NCBI GenBank assembly: GCA_963422375.2
Contig: OY729427.2
Coordinates: 672,001-736,000 of the forward strand
Source: Bryobacterales bacterium
GTDB taxonomy: Bacteria > Acidobacteriota > Terriglobia > Bryobacterales > UBA6623
Direction: 5' to 3'
Length of the DNA: 64,000 nt
This document shows, in pieces, positions 61,039 through 64,000 of the stretch (positions are counted from its first letter, which is position 1; each line of letters starts with the position of its first letter). A program made the translations under genes and the position numbers. A model generated the notes under the pieces. That model was given only the letters and a program-made list of their open reading frames with translations, made no database searches and had not been told where the DNA came from.

Positions 61039-62901
61039 CTACGACGCCATGCTCCTCGCAGCGTCGACGATGTGCCGAGCCGAGATGCCGAACCGGTCCA
61101 GCAGCTCCGCGGGCTTGCCGCTGCGCGCGATGCCGCGAACCGCGAGCCGACGCACGCGCGCGCCGTCTTCCGCCAGGGCCGCTAGGACAGCGCTTCCGAT
61201 TCCGCCGTGGGCGTAGTGATCCTCGACCGTCACGACCGCTCCCCCGCAGTCCGAGGCGGCCGCCCGCAGCGTCTCCTCGTCGATCGGCTGCACGCTGAAC
61301 AAGTCGATGACCCGTGCCGCGATCCCCTCGTCAGCCAGCTGGTCCGCCGCTCGCAGCGCCTCGTAGAGCGTCACGCCGGCCGCCACGATCGCGACCCGGT
61401 CCCGCGGGCTGCTCCGCAGCACCTTCGCCCGGCCCACCTCGAACGCCTCGTCCGGGCCATACAGGATCGGTGTCTTGGGCCTGCTGGTGCGGACGTAGAC
61501 GGGACCCTCGACACGCGAGGCAAGCTCGATCGCCCGCCACGCGCTGGTCGCGTCGGACGGGTAGAAAACCGTGTAGTTGGGTTCGGCGCAGGTCATGGCG
61601 AGGTCCTCGAGACCCATCTGCGACGCGCCGTCCTCCCCGATCGAAACGCCCGCGTGCGTGCCGACAAGCTTGATGTTGGTCGAGCTGATCGCGGCGAGGC
61701 GCATGAAATCGTAGGCGCGAGCGAGGAAGCAGGCGAAGCTCGAAGCGAAAGGAATCCTGCCGCGGCAGGCCAAGCCCATGGCCACGCCCACCAAGTTCTG
61801 TTCGGCGATGTAGCACTGGAGCAGGCGACGGGAATCGGCCTTCGCGATGTCGGTGGTGAAGGTCGAGTTGCCCACGTCCGCGTCGACGCCCACGATGCGG
61901 TCGTCCACGCGGGCCAGCGCCGCCAGCGCCGCGCCGTAGGCCTGTCGCGTCGCCACGACCGGCCCCCCGATCTCGTAGGGCGGCCGGACCGCGGCGGCTT
62001 TCGGCTCTGCGGCAGGCGACATCGGCGGTGGAAGGTTGGGCTTCCAGTCGAAGGCGGATCCCGTCAGCTGCGACTGCAGGGACGCGACGGTCTCGTCCTC
62101 CAGCGGCCCGGCGGGAATGGGCTTTCCGTGCCAGCCGTCCTTGTCCTCGGCGCACGGAATCCCGCGCCCCTTGTAGGTCTTGGCGAGCACGACGGTAGGC
62201 GTCCCGGGCGAGGCGCGCGCCGTCGCGTAGGCCTCGAGCAGCGCCGCGATGTCGTGCCCGTCAACAACCAAGGTCTCCCATCCGAACGCCTCCCAGCGGA
62301 CGCGGTACGCGTCCATGTCGTGCTGGAGCATGGTCGGAGCGCTCTGGCCCAAGCGGTTGACGTCGACGGTCGCGATGAGGTTGCCGAGACCGTCGTTGGC
62401 CGCCATCGAGGCCGCCTCCCACACCGCGCCCTCCGCGGCCTCGCCGTCGCCCAGCAGGACCCAGACGCGGCGGTCGCTGCCGTCGAGACGGCAGGCGTGC
62501 GCCATGCCGACGCCCACGCTCAGGCCCTGCCCCAAGGATCCGGTCGCCACGTCGACGAACGGCAGCGTCGTTGGCGGGTGCCCCTCGAGATCGGAATCGA
62601 TCTTGCGAAGGTTCATCAGGTCGGCCTCGGCGAGGTAGCCGGCCTCGGCCCATGCCGCGTACAGCACGGGGGCGGCATGCCCCTTGGACAGGATGAAGAC
62701 GTCGTTCGCCTCGCTGGCCGGGTCCCGCGGGTCGTAGCGCATCGCGTCGAAGAACAGCGCCGCCATGATTTCGGCGGCCGACGCGCAGGTGGTCGGATGG
62801 CCGCTGCCCGCCTTGCTGGTCGACTTCACGGAATGGATCCGCATCCGCGTGGCCCTGTCCTGCAAGGCGGCGAGAGCGTCTTCTTGGTGTGCAACTGGCA
62901 T
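61039..62901 (-). CDS. tkt: Transketolase
   Basis: SGHPT, LSKGHAAP, ATGSLGQG, GDGEAAEG..N, IAEQN and GEDGASQM. Confidence 0.95.
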   Translation of the reverse strand: MPVAHQEDALAALQDRATRMRIHSVKSTSKAGSGHPTTCASAAEIMAALFFDAMRYDPRDPASEANDVFILSKGHAAPVLYAAWAEAGYLAEADLMNLRKIDSDLEGHPPTTLPFVDVATGSLGQGLSVGVGMAHACRLDGSDRRVWVLLGDGEAAEGAVWEAASMAANDGLGNLIATVDVNRLGQSAPTMLQHDMDAYRVRWEAFGWETLVVDGHDIAALLEAYATARASPGTPTVVLAKTYKGRGIPCAEDKDGWHGKPIPAGPLEDETVASLQSQLTGSAFDWKPNLPPPMSPAAEPKAAAVRPPYEIGGPVVATRQAYGAALAALARVDDRIVGVDADVGNSTFTTDIAKADSRRLLQCYIAEQNLVGVAMGLACRGRIPFASSFACFLARAYDFMRLAAISSTNIKLVGTHAGVSIGEDGASQMGLEDLAMTCAEPNYTVFYPSDATSAWRAIELASRVEGPVYVRTSRPKTPILYGPDEAFEVGRAKVLRSSPRDRVAIVAAGVTLYEALRAADQLADEGIAARVIDLFSVQPIDEETLRAAASDCGGAVVTVEDHYAHGGIGSAVLAALAEDGARVRRLAVRGIARSGKPAELLDRFGISARHIVDAARSMAS

Positions 62902-63103
62902 GTCCGGTACCGGGTGGATTGTATTCAAGAATGGGCCGCAGGCCGGGAGCGTCCAAAGGGACGGACTCGCTGTCGGGCGTGACACCGACCCAGGCGCTGC
63001 GAAATCGGTTCGGCTTGGATGGGACGGGAATGCCCGTGCCCTGAGCGCCGAACATTCATCATAGCCTGCGCCCCGGGCGTCCGCCTCGCCGCCTACCGGG
63101 CGG

Positions 63104-64000
63104 CAGCGATTCTCAATTTGGGCATTTTGGGATTTCCAGAGTGTCTGAGAAAGGTGTCGAAGGCAGTCTGGCACTTGACTTTTGCTTGCGGAATGTGTGA
63201 GCTAGGGTGTATGCCCCATGTCCTGGACGCGCTGCCGAGCGCCTTCCGCGAGACGGCCGCCGGCCTGCCCGACCGGCGCGCGGGTCGCCGCAACAAGCGC
63301 TACGAGGTCAGCGACGCCGCCGGTTGCGCCCCGGCCTGCTGCTGCACCCGGTGCGAGTCGTTCCTCGCGTTCCAGCGGCGCATGGAGCGGGACGGCTCCC
63401 GCTCCAACTGCCGGACCCTGTTCGGCGTGGGTCGCATCCCCTGCGACAGCCGGATCCGCAACTTGCTCGACGACCCCGACCCGGCCGCGTTCGACCCGCT
63501 GTTCCGGCTATGCCTCGAAACCGTGGCCGCGCCGGGCGCGCTCGAGCCCTTCCAGCGCCTCGACGAGCGCCTGCCGGCGGCTCCGGACGGCGTCCGGTTC
63601 CACCGCTCCGACACGGTGCATGGCCCGCAGTGCTCGGTGCGGCGCGTCGGCAGCGAGCGCCGGCCGCATCACTTCCACGCCATGGTCGCGGCCACCGCGG
63701 TGGCCGACGGCCACGCCACCGTCCTGCCGCTGATGCCCGAGTTCGCGTGCCCGCAGCAGGCCGCGGCCGCGACCCGCGCCGACATGAGCGAGGACGAGCG
63801 CAAGCGGGACTGCGAGCGCAACGCCGCCAAGCGCCGGATCGCCGCTCAGGGCGCCTGGCTGCAGGCCTGCCGCCCCGTCCTGCTAGGCGATGACCTGTAC
63901 TGCTGCCAGCCGGTCCGCGAGGCCGCCGCGGCGGCCGGCATGGACTGCATCCGGGTAGGCAAGCCCGGATCCCGCAAGCACTTGCACGAGGTGCCGGAGA
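63104..64000 (+). mobile_element. ISNCY-type element, degenerate transposase (ATG 63211), runs off window
   Basis: LPDRR..ESFLAFQRRM..SNCRTLFGV..IRNLLD..KRDCERNAAKR..LGDDLY. Putative left end CAGCGATTCTCAATTTGGG. Confidence 0.8.

Overview
High-GC (about 68%, by eye) bacterial chromosomal segment. The gene content points to Acidobacteriota, possibly a host-associated lineage (inference): Oar-type TonB receptors, CRTAC1/FG-GAP proteins, lpxI, mqnD, and a Sel1-repeat protein. The intact backbone includes leuS, trxB, xerD, fabZ-lpxA-lpxI, thiC, mqnD, glgC, addB/addA-like genes and tkt. Several decayed accessory patches interrupt it. (i) 4.7-8.5 kb: a DUF2149 remnant, fused IS30/IS1380 fragments and a CRTAC1 pseudogene, next to a membrane-anchored CobN-like/TonB locus. 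(ii) 27.8-29.7 kb: a type III restriction remnant and a 797-bp internally deleted IS1595 with intact ends and target-site duplication (TSD). (iii) 41.9-44.9 kb: an MmeI-like remnant, a diverged direct repeat encoding a 68-aa basic protein, and a palindrome-rich AT island. (iv) 57.3-60.4 kb: a Fic pseudogene split by a full-length IS1595 and by a 255-bp MITE-like insert. (v) From 63.1 kb: a partial ISNCY-like transposase. The most striking signals are the tandem NrdR-like boxes in the 255-bp insert and an apparent A:T->G:C substitution bias confined to IS transposases. No rRNA, tRNA or CRISPR array was seen. All family assignments come from recognising motifs by eye, not from database searches.
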